Origin: an uncultured SAR86 cluster bacterium
Lineage (GTDB): Bacteria > Pseudomonadota > Gammaproteobacteria > Magnimaribacterales > D2472
Direction: 5' to 3'
Assembly: GCA_964275585.1 (NCBI GenBank)
Contig: CAXYCJ010000003.1
Coordinates: 10,315 to 74,314 of the forward strand
Length of the DNA stretch: 64,000 bases
Shown here: in pieces, positions 33,179-43,003 of the stretch
How the letters are laid out: every line of letters begins with the position of its first letter
How positions within the stretch are numbered: position 1 is the first letter of the stretch
Notes under the pieces: generated by a model
Seen by the model: the letters and a program-made list of their open reading frames with translations, nothing else
Told to the model about the DNA's origin: nothing
The model's database searches: none
Made by a program: the position numbers and the translations under genes

Positions 33179-33807
33179 GAAGGATTAAAGCTAATGGCAA
33201 TTATTTTAAATTCTTTTTCATATAAATCCTTTGAAAGAGCATTAAAAAAATTAAATGTCTCCACCCTTCTAACTGCTTGAAGAGCAGAATTATCAAATCT
33301 AATATTTCCACTACTCATAATTAAATTCACTTTTTCTATTCGGCCCGAAGACTTAATAAATAGCCTAAGGTTTGCAACTAAATCACTAGGTATATTTCTG
33401 GGCTTCATCCAAGCACCCTCTATAGTTTTAATAATATTTTGAGAGATTATTGCAATTTCTTGTTCCTCTTTGGTTGTCTCAACATCTACTTCTTGCTCCA
33501 ATAGAACAGATATATCAGATTGTAATAATAATTTTTGTGGCTTAGTTAAGATAGAAGGTGTGACTAGAGTCGTTTCAGTTACTATTTGATTCTGATTGAC
33601 TGATGAGCTCTGCTTCACTGGTATGATATTTTTTCTCTTCTCAACTTTGATATCAGATTCAAATTTAAGTTGGACCTGCAAAGGCTTAGATAATAAAATT
33701 CTTTCTAATGTATTGGTATCGAAGGTTCCATATAGATATAGGAATATTGCTGCATGAGTACAAAATGAAAATAAAGAAGCATGTAAGTATCGAGAATTAG
33801 CTATCAT
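33175..33807 (-). CDS. tolA: Tol-Pal system protein TolA (short)
   Basis: 210 aa. N-terminal TM, a linker, and a C-terminal TolA/TonB-like domain. Position between tolR and tolB. Confidence 0.75.
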   Translation of the reverse strand: MIANSRYLHASLFSFCTHAAIFLYLYGTFDTNTLERILLSKPLQVQLKFESDIKVEKRKNIIPVKQSSSVNQNQIVTETTLVTPSILTKPQKLLLQSDISVLLEQEVDVETTKEEQEIAIISQNIIKTIEGAWMKPRNIPSDLVANLRLFIKSSGRIEKVNLIMSSGNIRFDNSALQAVRRVETFNFFNALSKDLYEKEFKIIAISFNPS

Positions 33808-34219
33808 AGCCAGTGGTTATAATGCCAACTTTCTGAATACCTAAACTTTGGATACTTGCCATCCCCTTAGCAACAAAATTAAATGGAACATTTGCATCAC
33901 TCTTAAAAACAATTTCAATGTCAGGGTTTGCTTGGTAGATAATATTAGCTTTATTTTTTAATTCCCTCAGAGAGATTGGTAATTCTTCCTCTCCAAGATT
34001 AAGAAAATATTTACCGGTACTATCAATTGATATAACCAAAGGCTCACTAGAAATAGACATTTTAGTGGTATCAGTTGTTGGAAGATCAACCTCAATTCCT
34101 TGGATTAATAATGGTGATAAAACCATAAAGATAATCAATAGCACCAGCATGACATCAATGTATGGCACTACATTAATTTCAGCATTTAATTTTTTTCTTT
34201 TACCAATTCGATATATCAA
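33797..34219 (-). CDS. tolR: Tol-Pal system protein TolR (ExbD family)
   Basis: 140 aa. INVVPYIDVMLVLLIIFMV ExbD/TolR signature. Confidence 0.92.
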   Translation of the reverse strand: MIYRIGKRKKLNAEINVVPYIDVMLVLLIIFMVLSPLLIQGIEVDLPTTDTTKMSISSEPLVISIDSTGKYFLNLGEEELPISLRELKNKANIIYQANPDIEIVFKSDANVPFNFVAKGMASIQSLGIQKVGIITTGYDS

Positions 34220-34896
34220 AGCTTTGTTTTAACTGTTTGTCTGTAAAGTATACTTGCTAGCTCTTCGCCAAATACTGAAGATTGTTGAAGTTGAGAGTCT
34301 GATTCGGAGGCAAATTTATTGTATGCAACAACTGCCGGAATTGCTGCAAATAAACCAAGTGCAGTTGCAACCAGGGCTTCTGAAATACCTGGGGCAACAG
34401 CATTAATAGTTGCTTGCGTAGCATCTGAAAGACCTTGGAATGAATTAATAATGCCCCACACTGTTCCAAACAGCCCAACATAGGGGCTAACTGAACCAAC
34501 GTTAGCAAGGAAAGGAAGATGGTGCATCAATGATTCTTCCTCTCGTGCCAAAGAAACACGAATCGCACGATTAACACTCTCTAAGTCCTCAATTGTGATT
34601 TTCTGACCATCTCCTAGTCTTAAAAATTCATTAAACCCATGCTTGAAAACACTAAGGGAGCCAACCAGCTTCTCTCGAGGAATATCTTTTATACTATCAT
34701 GCAGTTCACTTAAGTCCTTGCCAGACCAAAATTGCTCTTCGAAAGAAGAGTTAGCTGCTTTGATTCTATTTAAATTAAAATATCTTTCAAAAATTACTAT
34801 CCAGGATACAACAGAAATAATTATTAAAATAACCATGACAGCTTGAACTATAAAACTAGCTTGAAGGAATAAATCTATTACAGAAAAGTCATTCAT
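34216..34896 (-). CDS. tolQ: Tol-Pal system protein TolQ (MotA/ExbB family)
   Basis: 226 aa. LANVGSVSPYVGLFGTVWGIINSF and APGISEALVATALGLFAAIPAV motifs. Confidence 0.93.
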   Translation of the reverse strand: MNDFSVIDLFLQASFIVQAVMVILIIISVVSWIVIFERYFNLNRIKAANSSFEEQFWSGKDLSELHDSIKDIPREKLVGSLSVFKHGFNEFLRLGDGQKITIEDLESVNRAIRVSLAREEESLMHHLPFLANVGSVSPYVGLFGTVWGIINSFQGLSDATQATINAVAPGISEALVATALGLFAAIPAVVAYNKFASESDSQLQQSSVFGEELASILYRQTVKTKL

Positions 34897-34902
34897 TATG
34901 TT

Positions 34903-35322
34903 CTACCTAAATAAATCTAATAGTTTTTGTGGAAAAGCTTTTGGCTTACCTATATCTCTTCTAAGGTAGCATACCTCAACGATTCCATCGCAAATGAGTG
35001 TATCATTTTTTAATCTCAAAGCAGATTGAAAAAATTTTATACGGGCTTTGCTAATAAGCTCAACCTCACTTTTTATTACCAGCTGATCATCTAACTTCGC
35101 TGAGTTACGATAGTTTAAAATAATTGACTTAACTATATAAGTCTCTTTATTAAGCAATGCATCTACTTGGGAAAGCTTATGATCTATAAGAAACTGAGAT
35201 CTTGCTCTCTCAAAATATTTTAAATAATTTGCATGGTATACAACCCCTTGAAAATCTGTGTCTTCAATAAAAACCTTGCAAAGAAAGTCCTTACACTTGA
35301 AAAGTTGATTCATGTTGCTCAA
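34903..35322 (-). CDS. ybgC: tol-pal associated acyl-CoA thioesterase YbgC (4HBT fold)
   Basis: 139 aa. VFIEDTDFQGVVYHANYLKYFERAR hot-dog thioesterase motif. The start may be the second Met (35313). Confidence 0.88.
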   Translation of the reverse strand: MSNMNQLFKCKDFLCKVFIEDTDFQGVVYHANYLKYFERARSQFLIDHKLSQVDALLNKETYIVKSIILNYRNSAKLDDQLVIKSEVELISKARIKFFQSALRLKNDTLICDGIVEVCYLRRDIGKPKAFPQKLLDLFR

Positions 35323-35713
35323 TATCTACTTGAAAAAGGTGCCTAAGAATTTCAACAAAGTCTTCCCACATCAAATCAATTGTCATAGGTGAAAATTCAA
35401 GCTCAGATGATAATGCTCCAGCTAAAATTCTTACTTTGATTGGACGACGATTAAATTTATACACTAAGGCTGGAAAGCCACCCTCGGCGGTAGCTGCTAA
35501 AACTTGATCCCACCATTCAGAAGATGGTTCAGCTCCATCGCCATACCTTTTGCATTCAATGCACCATCTTCCAAGTTTCAAATCTGGTAATTCTTTCGTG
35601 CGAGTTTGCTCTAATATCCTCTTCACGGGCTGTTTTAAATCTAACTGTTCCATCAATAAGTTACCAATTTCTCTTTCAAAATTAGCACCTTTTGTTCTAG
35701 AATTAATTGCCAA
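35291..35713 (-). CDS. PD-(D/E)XK nuclease, Hjc-like putative Holliday-junction resolvase
   Basis: 140 aa. TTG start 2 nt after the yebC stop; 3' end overlaps ybgC. Motif set: K8-G-ANFERE15, P43-D44-L and C-I-E53-C-K55, then GFPALVYKFNRRPIKV. This is the ordered E..D..ExK core and the N-terminal KGxxxER typical of archaeal Hjc-type resolvases. Confidence 0.6.
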   Translation of the reverse strand: MAINSRTKGANFEREIGNLLMEQLDLKQPVKRILEQTRTKELPDLKLGRWCIECKRYGDGAEPSSEWWDQVLAATAEGGFPALVYKFNRRPIKVRILAGALSSELEFSPMTIDLMWEDFVEILRHLFQVDIEQHESTFQV

Positions 35714-35715
35714 AA

Positions 35716-36453
35716 CTACTCCTCAACTTCAAAACTATCAGGGAATTCTGCATTAGTATGAACTTCTTGAACATCATCTAAATCATCCATAAAATCCATG
35801 ATCTTTAATACTTTTTCAGCTTCTTCTTGATCCAGGTGAATAAGGGTTTCGGCTCTCATGGTTACTTCAGTATTCAAGGTCTCAACTGCTTTAGCCTTTA
35901 ATGCCTCAGCAACGATGGAAAGGTTTGAAGGAGCTGTGATCACTTCATAGAAATCATCTATAACAGTAAAATCTTCAGCACCTGCATCAAGTACAATTTC
36001 CATAATTAAGTCTTCACTATGAGATGTTGAGACATGGATAACTCCTAATTTATTAAACAGGTAGGCAACTGAACCATCTGTGCCCATGTTGCCACCAAAT
36101 TTAGAAAAAGCATGGCGTACATCTGCTACTGTCCTATTTCTATTATCTGTCATAGTTTCAACTAGAATAGCAACTCCGTTTGGTCCATATCCCTCAAAAG
36201 TAAGCTCTTCAATGATTCCCATCTCCCCTGTACCAGAACCTTTTTGAATGGCTCTTTTAATTGTATCTTTTGGCATATTAGCTGCATTAGCTTTATCCAA
36301 GGCTAATCTTAACCTTGGGTTATCATCAGGATCTGGTCCGCCCTTAGCAGCAACTGTAATTTCTCTTATAACTTTTGTCCAAACTTTTCCTCTGGAAGCA
36401 TCTTGTCTTGCTTTTCTGTGCTTAATGTTTGCCCATTTAGAGTGACCTGCCAT
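35716..36453 (-). CDS. yebC: YebC/PmpR family transcriptional regulator
   Basis: 245 aa. MAGHSKWANIKHRKARQDASRGK signature. Confidence 0.95.
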   Translation of the reverse strand: MAGHSKWANIKHRKARQDASRGKVWTKVIREITVAAKGGPDPDDNPRLRLALDKANAANMPKDTIKRAIQKGSGTGEMGIIEELTFEGYGPNGVAILVETMTDNRNRTVADVRHAFSKFGGNMGTDGSVAYLFNKLGVIHVSTSHSEDLIMEIVLDAGAEDFTVIDDFYEVITAPSNLSIVAEALKAKAVETLNTEVTMRAETLIHLDQEEAEKVLKIMDFMDDLDDVQEVHTNAEFPDSFEVEE

Positions 36454-36456
36454 TAT

Positions 36457-38220
36457 TTAGTCCTTCTCAACAATTGATTGAATATGAATCTCCTCTAATT
36501 GCTTCTTATCAATCGCTCCAGGGGCATCAGTCAATAAGCATGAAGCGCTTTGTGTTTTTGGAAATGCAATAACATCCCTAATATTAGTTGTATTGGATAA
36601 GAGCATAGCGATTCTATCTAAACCAAAAGCAATACCTCCATGAGGCGGACAGCCTGATGACAAGGCTGCCAATAAAAAACCAAATTTTTTCTCAGCTTCG
36701 TGAGATGGGATTCCTAAGATATTAAAAATTTCACTTTGCATAATTGGATCATGAACTCTTAAAGAGCCTCCTCCTAACTCATAACCATTTAAAACAAAAT
36801 CATAGGCGCAGGCCAAAGACTCATCTGGGTTAGCTGTTAATTGTTCTAAAGTAACAGCTGGAAGGGTAAAGGGGTGATGCAATGAAGTAAGGTTATTTTC
36901 TTTATTCCTTTCAAACATTGGGAAATCAATAACCCAACATGGAGCCCATTCAGAAACATTTAATTTTAAGTCTTCTCCTAATTTTTTTATTAAAGAGCTC
37001 ATTGATAAATTCACAATATTTGCATTACCAGCACCAAAGAAAATCATGTCATCATTTTTAACTTTTAGGGCAGAAGTAATCGAATCAATGGTCTCTTGCT
37101 GAAGAAACTTTAAAATTGGCGATTGCAATCCATTTTCTTCACCTAATGCTACTACCTTTATGTAAGCAAGTCCTTTGGCTCCTAACGTTCCTACAAAATC
37201 CGTATATTCATCAATTTTCTTTCTAGTCAGAACTGCTGCACCTGGAACTCGCAATGCCACAACTCTTGCAGCTGGATCGTTTGCAGGACCAGAAAAAACT
37301 TTAAATTCTTCATGCTTAACTAATGCAGAGATGTCCTCTAGCTTTAGTGGAATTCTAAGATCTGGCTTATCACAACCATATTGAGCAATTGCATCTTTGT
37401 ATGTAATGCGGGGTATTTCAGCGACTTCGTAATTTGTAAACTCTGATAAAAGTGAAGTAATCAGTTCCTCACCCAGATTCATAATATCCTCGGTATTGAT
37501 AAAAGAAGCTTCAATATCTACTTGAGTAAATTCTGGCTGTCTATCTGCGCGAAGATCCTCATCCCTAAAACATCTAGCAATTTGATAATACTTATCAAGG
37601 CCACCAATCATCAACAGTTGTTTAAAAAGCTGCGGTGATTGAGGCAAAGCAAAAAAATCGCCTGGATGAACTCGACTAGGAACCAAGTAATCACGAGCAC
37701 CCTCAGGAGTGGCTCTGGTTAAAATAGGTGTTTCTATTTCATTATAATTATTGACCTCCAAAACAGATCTAATCTTAGAAGTAATTTTTGCTCTCTTTAT
37801 CAACCTTGCGCTTACTTCAGGGCGCCTTAAATCAAGAAATCTATTTTTTAATCTAATATCCTCACTAACCTCCTGGTACTCATCTAAGGGAAATTTTGGA
37901 GTATCTGCTTTGCTGTAAATCAATAAATGTTTTGCTTCAATTTCAATTTCTCCTGTTTCCATTTTGGGATTAATAGCTCCTTCAATTCTAGGTATGACCG
38001 AGCCTTTAACATTGACAACAAATTCACTCCTGCATGAGTCAGCTAAATCAAAGACTTCCTTAGAAGCAGGATTAAAGACTACCTGAACAATCCCATGTAG
38101 ATCTCTAATGTCTAAAAATATTACTCCGCCATGATCTCGTCTTTTATGTACCCAACCAGATATTTCAATGTCTTTTCCAATATCTAAGCTTGTAATATCT
38201 CCGCAATAATGTGATCGCAT
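36457..38220 (-). CDS. aspS: aspartate--tRNA ligase
   Basis: Start set at MRSHYCGDI (E. coli MRTEYCGQL, from memory). Motifs FFALPQSPQLFKQLLM, RCFRDEDLRADRQPEFTQ and GGIAFGLDR. Confidence 0.95.
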   Translation of the reverse strand: MRSHYCGDITSLDIGKDIEISGWVHKRRDHGGVIFLDIRDLHGIVQVVFNPASKEVFDLADSCRSEFVVNVKGSVIPRIEGAINPKMETGEIEIEAKHLLIYSKADTPKFPLDEYQEVSEDIRLKNRFLDLRRPEVSARLIKRAKITSKIRSVLEVNNYNEIETPILTRATPEGARDYLVPSRVHPGDFFALPQSPQLFKQLLMIGGLDKYYQIARCFRDEDLRADRQPEFTQVDIEASFINTEDIMNLGEELITSLLSEFTNYEVAEIPRITYKDAIAQYGCDKPDLRIPLKLEDISALVKHEEFKVFSGPANDPAARVVALRVPGAAVLTRKKIDEYTDFVGTLGAKGLAYIKVVALGEENGLQSPILKFLQQETIDSITSALKVKNDDMIFFGAGNANIVNLSMSSLIKKLGEDLKLNVSEWAPCWVIDFPMFERNKENNLTSLHHPFTLPAVTLEQLTANPDESLACAYDFVLNGYELGGGSLRVHDPIMQSEIFNILGIPSHEAEKKFGFLLAALSSGCPPHGGIAFGLDRIAMLLSNTTNIRDVIAFPKTQSASCLLTDAPGAIDKKQLEEIHIQSIVEKD

Positions 38221-38224
38221 GCTT

Positions 38225-38521
38225 TTAACTTTCTTCATTAGGCTTCTTTTTTAAAATTTTTGATGTACCGGTAGTTTTTTTAGTTTCTTTAGGCGTATCT
38301 GACTTATGCTCCTTATTGTCTACTATATTCTTTTTAGCACCAGTTTTAAAATCAGTTTCATACCACCCGCCGCCCTTTAATCTAAATGAAGGAGCAGATA
38401 CTAGTTTTTGTAGAGATTTTTCATTGCATTCTGGGCAAGTTTTAATAGGGTTATCAGAAAATTTTTGAATTATTTCTAATTGATGCCCGCATTTCGAGCA
38501 TTTATAATCATAAATAGGCAT
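38225..38521 (-). CDS. FmdB-family zinc-ribbon protein with Lys-rich tail
   Basis: 98 aa. MPIYDYKCSKCGH..CPECN double CxxC knuckle. Confidence 0.8.
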   Translation of the reverse strand: MPIYDYKCSKCGHQLEIIQKFSDNPIKTCPECNEKSLQKLVSAPSFRLKGGGWYETDFKTGAKKNIVDNKEHKSDTPKETKKTTGTSKILKKKPNEES

Positions 38522-38574
38522 AAGCGTCTAAAAAAATATAGAATTATAAACTAAATGAAAACTCAAATATAAAA

Positions 38575-39855
38575 ATGTTTTGGACTAAGACCTTTATCCC
38601 CACATTAAAAGATGCCCCTCAAGATGCAGAAGTAATTAGTCATCAATTAATGCTGAGAGCTGGAATGATTAGAAAAGTGGCATCTGGAATATATACATGG
38701 CTTCCACTTGGTTTAAAGGTACTAAGAAAAATTGAAAACATTGTAAGAGAAGAAATGAATCTGACTGGTGCGCAAGAAGTTTTAATGCCAATGGTTCAGC
38801 CTAGAGAGTTATGGGAGGAAACAAAAAGATGGGACAAAATGGGTCCTGAGCTTTTAAGAATAAAGGATAGGCACGACAGAGATTTTTGTTTAGGGCCTAC
38901 TCATGAGGAAGTTATTACTGATGTTATTAGGAGTAATCTTAGGAGCTATAAAGAATTGCCTTTAAACGTTTATCAAATTCAAACTAAATTTAGAGATGAG
39001 ATTAGACCTCGTTATGGGGTAATGAGGGGTAGAGAATTCTTAATGAAAGATTCATATAGTTTCGACATTGATGAGATATCTTTAAATGCTAGCTATCTTT
39101 CAATGAGAGAGGCCTATAAAAGAATTATTGAAAGAATAGGACTTGAATACAAAATAGTTAAAGCTGATTCAGGGGCAATAGGCGGTGATACATCTGAAGA
39201 ATTTCATGTCTTAGCAGAAAACGGTGAAGATACCATTGCTATCAGTAATGAGTCTGAATTTGCTATTAATAGTGAACTACTTCTGAAAGATAATGAGGAT
39301 ATATCTTCGCTTGAGGGTAAGCCTTCTCCAGATGGAAAGGGAACTATTCAAATTAAAAAAGGAATAGAGGTAGGTCATATTTTTCAACTTGGAGAAGTTT
39401 ATACCGATATTATGAAAGCAAACGTTCTAACCAAAGATGGTAAAGCTCAAAATTTATTTATGGGTTGTTATGGTATTGGGGTTTCTAGACTAGTCGCTGC
39501 ATCAATAGAACAAAATAATGATGATAAAGGAATTATTTGGCCTGAAAATATTGCTCCTTATGAAGTAAACATTATTGCCATTGGTTATGATAAAGAGTCG
39601 AAAATAAAACAAGCATCTCTTGATCTATATTGGGAGCTTTCCTTGATGGGGTATGAAGTTCTAATAGATGACAGAAAAGATGGCTATGGAACTAAGATGA
39701 AAGATGCTGAGTTAATAGGAGTTCCCATCAATGTCATAATTGGAAAGAAATTCTTAGAAAGCCAAGAAATTGAGTTAAAACATAGAGATGGCCAGAGCTC
39801 AACTAATAATATATCTGATATTAAAACAATTTTTGAGCATTACAAAGATAGATAA
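38575..39855 (+). CDS. proS: proline--tRNA ligase, bacterial type lacking the INS editing domain
   Basis: 426 aa. [30 protein letters not shown], motif 2 [21 protein letters not shown] and [21 protein letters not shown]. About 12 residues replace the roughly 170-aa insertion of E. coli ProRS. Confidence 0.93.
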   Translation: MFWTKTFIPTLKDAPQDAEVISHQLMLRAGMIRKVASGIYTWLPLGLKVLRKIENIVREEMNLTGAQEVLMPMVQPRELWEETKRWDKMGPELLRIKDRHDRDFCLGPTHEEVITDVIRSNLRSYKELPLNVYQIQTKFRDEIRPRYGVMRGREFLMKDSYSFDIDEISLNASYLSMREAYKRIIERIGLEYKIVKADSGAIGGDTSEEFHVLAENGEDTIAISNESEFAINSELLLKDNEDISSLEGKPSPDGKGTIQIKKGIEVGHIFQLGEVYTDIMKANVLTKDGKAQNLFMGCYGIGVSRLVAASIEQNNDDKGIIWPENIAPYEVNIIAIGYDKESKIKQASLDLYWELSLMGYEVLIDDRKDGYGTKMKDAELIGVPINVIIGKKFLESQEIELKHRDGQSSTNNISDIKTIFEHYKDR

Positions 39856-41034
39856 TTAAATTCTCTCAATAATCGTCGCGTTAGCTGTTCCGCCGCCTTC
39901 ACATATTGCCTGAAGACCATACCTACCATTGGTACGTTCTAATTCATGAAGTAAGGTTGTCATTAATTTTGCTCCGGTCGCACCTAAAGGGTGCCCAAGT
40001 GCCATTGCTCCCCCATTTACATTAAGTTTATTCATGTCTGCCTTCAAATCAATTGCCCAAGAAAGAGGCACTGGAGCAAAAGCTTCATTAACTTCATATA
40101 AATCTATATCATCAATATTTAGATTTGCTGCTTTTAATACTTTGTGGGAAGCCGGTATTGGCCCGCCCAACATCAGGATTGGGTCATCTCCCACAACACT
40201 AATAGCAGTTATTTTAGCCCTAGGGTCAGTTTTAACTTTCTTTAAACCCTCATCATTACAAATCATAACTGCAGCTGCACCATCAGTTATTTGACTGGCA
40301 TTGCCAGCAGTAATGACTCCGCCATCGGTAACTGATTTCAAGCCTGCTAGAGCCTCAAGATTAGCATCATAGCGAATGCCCTCATCTAAAAAAACCATAT
40401 CTGTTTTGCCTTCAGCATTTTTAGCTTGCATGGGTAAGATTTCTCTATCAAAATATTTTCCTTCTACGGCTGCGATTGCTTTTTGATGGCTGCTAAAAGC
40501 AAATGCGTCCAAGTCTTCTCTAGACAGGTTCCATTTTTTAGCCATCAGCTCAGCACCTGTAAACTGTGAAAAGAAAATACCTGGATATCTAGCTTTCATA
40601 CCCTCAGAATCAAATGGCACACCGTGACCAGCTTCATAACCATCCTTTATACTAGCGCCAATTGGAACCATGGACATATTTTCTACACCCCCACCTATAA
40701 CAACATCTTGAGTACCTGACATCACGGCTTGAATTGCAAAATGGATTGCTTGCTGTGATGAGCCGCATTGCCTATCAACTGAAGTTCCTGGAACAGATTC
40801 TGGTAAACTTGAAGCTAAGATTGCATTTCTAGCAACATTGCCTGACTGAGCGCCTACTTGATCAACGCAGCCAAAGATTACATCATCAATTAATGCAGGA
40901 TCAATGCCTGTTTGCAAGACAAGCTCATCCAAAACTTTAGCTCCAAGATCTGCAGGGTGCCATTGACTTAGGCTTCCGTTTTTCTTTCCTCCAGCTGTTC
41001 TGACTGCTGAAACTATATATGCATTATTTGACAT
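39856..41034 (-). CDS. acetyl-CoA C-acyl/acetyltransferase (thiolase)
   Basis: 392 aa. VDRQCGSSQQA active Cys, NEAFA, GHPLGATGA, and CEGGG in place of the usual CxGGG. Confidence 0.92.
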   Translation of the reverse strand: MSNNAYIVSAVRTAGGKKNGSLSQWHPADLGAKVLDELVLQTGIDPALIDDVIFGCVDQVGAQSGNVARNAILASSLPESVPGTSVDRQCGSSQQAIHFAIQAVMSGTQDVVIGGGVENMSMVPIGASIKDGYEAGHGVPFDSEGMKARYPGIFFSQFTGAELMAKKWNLSREDLDAFAFSSHQKAIAAVEGKYFDREILPMQAKNAEGKTDMVFLDEGIRYDANLEALAGLKSVTDGGVITAGNASQITDGAAAVMICNDEGLKKVKTDPRAKITAISVVGDDPILMLGGPIPASHKVLKAANLNIDDIDLYEVNEAFAPVPLSWAIDLKADMNKLNVNGGAMALGHPLGATGAKLMTTLLHELERTNGRYGLQAICEGGGTANATIIERI

Positions 41035-41168
41035 TACTCTCTCCTAATTAGAAAGAGTATCTTAATCAATTTTTAGCTCACATAACAACCTAAAAATATT
41101 GATAAGGTAGATTATCTTGGATTAGATTACGATTTATCTGAACTTTTAGACATAACTTCTAAATAAAA

Positions 41169-41909
41169 TTAGAACTTATAGATAAAATTAGTTGAGAATG
41201 ACTGATCTGATTCATTGGCTAAATCAGGTGGATCTTTATCAATAGATTCGGAAAACTGTATTTGAATATTGAATTTTTTAGAAATTGGTATATTAAGTGA
41301 TAGAAGTAATGATGCCTTGAAATCTTCATTTGGCTGATCAATTGAAGGTTGTAAGAATAATGAAGTATCTAAACTTATATCATTATTAAAATTAGTTTCT
41401 CTATGTACATACATATTTAGCCTATCAGTATCTTTCTTAACTCCATTCAAGGTTTCTTCTTTTTCCTTTAGAATGCTTAATCCCACTTTGTATTTCTGAA
41501 CTTTATTAAATCTAATCCCTGCTCCTATTAAATTTCTTTTTTTATAAGATTGGAAAGGATTTTCAGTAGTCTGAATGTAAGTTTCAAAATCAAAAGTTCT
41601 ATCTAATTTCCATAAAATTCTTGCATGTCCAAATGTTGATTCATCTTCGGTTGCATTATCTTTGGTTCGTTCTGATTTATTAAATACAAACAGTGATTCT
41701 ATTGATTCATTGTTTGTAATATATGCAAGTGTGATGTTGAAATCATCTCTATTTTCATTTCCTCTAGATGAATCTAAACTAATACCAGCAGATCTAAAGG
41801 TGCCAAGCTCACCTGAGCGCCTTAATTCTTCAATATCTACTATAGGCTGAGAAAATCCTGAATTAGCCATCAGCATCAAAGAAATAATAATTTTTTTAAA
41901 GCATGGCAT
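41169..41909 (-). CDS. DUF481-type outer membrane beta-barrel protein
   Basis: 246 aa. Signal peptide, alternating beta-strand pattern and C-terminal aromatic (..NFIYKF). Family assignment is from general resemblance only. Confidence 0.55.
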   Translation of the reverse strand: MPCFKKIIISLMLMANSGFSQPIVDIEELRRSGELGTFRSAGISLDSSRGNENRDDFNITLAYITNNESIESLFVFNKSERTKDNATEDESTFGHARILWKLDRTFDFETYIQTTENPFQSYKKRNLIGAGIRFNKVQKYKVGLSILKEKEETLNGVKKDTDRLNMYVHRETNFNNDISLDTSLFLQPSIDQPNEDFKASLLLSLNIPISKKFNIQIQFSESIDKDPPDLANESDQSFSTNFIYKF

Positions 41910-41921
41910 TAATTAACTAAT

Positions 41922-41950
41922 AACGTATTTAATAATAATTATAATACGTT
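41922..41950 (-). terminator. possible weak hairpin terminator downstream of recA
   Basis: AACGTATT (41922..41929) and AATACGTT (41943..41950) form a perfect 8-bp stem with a 13-nt loop. There is no clean U-tract on the recA strand. Confidence 0.25.
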
Positions 41951-41964
41951 TGTCTGAAAAGAGA

Positions 41965-42972
41965 TTACTTCTTAGCAGTCTTATTAACTGATGGAATATA
42001 AGCTGTTCTTATTTCTTTGACTAAAGCATCCCTTATCTTAGTATTTTCTTTTAAAAACTTGCTAGCATTTACCTTTCCTTGGCCAATCTTCTCACCATTA
42101 TGGCTATACCATGAGCCTGATTTTTCAATTAGGTCAAGTTTTTGTCCTAATTCTAAGATCTCACCTTCAGTATTAATGCCCTCTCCATACATAATCTGAA
42201 ATTCAGCTTGCTTAAATGGAGGTGATACTTTATTTTTTACCACTTTAACGCGAGTTTCATTTCCAACAACCTCCTCTCCCTCTTTTACCGCACCAATACG
42301 TCTAATATCTAATCGAACAGATGAGTAGAATTTTAGAGCATTGCCTCCTGTGGTTGTTTCAGGATTTCCAAACATCACACCAATCTTCATTCGAATTTGA
42401 TTTATAAATATAACCATTGCATTAGATCGTTGAATATTCCCAGTAATTTTTCTTAAAGCTTGTGACATTAATCTTGCTTGCAGACCCATATGATGATCGC
42501 CCATATCGCCTTCAATTTCAGCTCTTGGAGTCAATGCTGCAACTGAATCAATAACTATTAAATCAACACTTCCGGATTTAACTAACATATCAGTGACCTC
42601 TAAGGCTTGTTCTCCTGTATCTGGCTGCGAAAGGAGAAGCTCATCAACATTAACGCCAAGCTTTTGAGCATAATTAGGATCTAAGGCATGCTCAGCATCA
42701 ATAAATGCTGCTGTGCCACCTGCTTTTTGGCACTCTGCAATAGCCTGTAATGTAAGGGTAGTTTTACCAGAAGACTCTGGTCCAAAAATTTCAACTACTC
42801 TTCCCTGTGGCAAGCCGCCAATACCTAAGGCAATATCAAGCCCTATTGATCCAGATGATATTGAGGGCATATCAACAATTTCTCTATCCCCCATCTTCAT
42901 AACAGTTCCCTTTCCAAACTGTTTTTCAATCTGAGACAGTGTCTCGTTTAGGTTTTTTTCTTTGTCTGACAT
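41965..42972 (-). CDS. recA: recombinase RecA
   Basis: 335 aa. [12 protein letters not shown] Walker [10 protein letters not shown] and [16 protein letters not shown]. Confidence 0.98.
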   Translation of the reverse strand: MSDKEKNLNETLSQIEKQFGKGTVMKMGDREIVDMPSISSGSIGLDIALGIGGLPQGRVVEIFGPESSGKTTLTLQAIAECQKAGGTAAFIDAEHALDPNYAQKLGVNVDELLLSQPDTGEQALEVTDMLVKSGSVDLIVIDSVAALTPRAEIEGDMGDHHMGLQARLMSQALRKITGNIQRSNAMVIFINQIRMKIGVMFGNPETTTGGNALKFYSSVRLDIRRIGAVKEGEEVVGNETRVKVVKNKVSPPFKQAEFQIMYGEGINTEGEILELGQKLDLIEKSGSWYSHNGEKIGQGKVNASKFLKENTKIRDALVKEIRTAYIPSVNKTAKK

Positions 42973-42983
42973 AACTTACTCCT

Positions 42984-43003
42984 TACTGTATGTATGTACA
43001 GTA
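42984..43003. promoter_or_regulatory. LexA (SOS) box upstream of recA
   Basis: TACTGTATGTATGTACAGTA is a perfect CTGT-N8-ACAG palindrome (gammaproteobacterial consensus TACTGTATATATATACAGTA). On the recA strand it is flanked by TATAAT (43010..43005) upstream and AAGGAG-N7-ATG downstream. Confidence 0.75.

Noticed and set aside
35291-35713. Compositional evidence that the Hjc-like gene was recently acquired by horizontal transfer.
   Set aside because: My hand count over 35281..35700 gives about 38% G+C against about 37% for a neighbouring ybgC line. One internal 60-nt stretch is richer, at about 53%. That is too small a difference to call without a proper sliding-window or codon-usage calculation.
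41035-41168. The 134-nt gap between the thiolase and DUF481 genes, one of the largest in the window, considered as a possible small RNA or riboswitch. It contains short hairpins TACTCT..AGAGTA and GATAA..TTATC.
   Set aside because: The stems are only 5-6 bp, there is no terminator-like element, and I recognise no conserved riboswitch core. It is most simply the thiolase promoter and ribosome-binding region.
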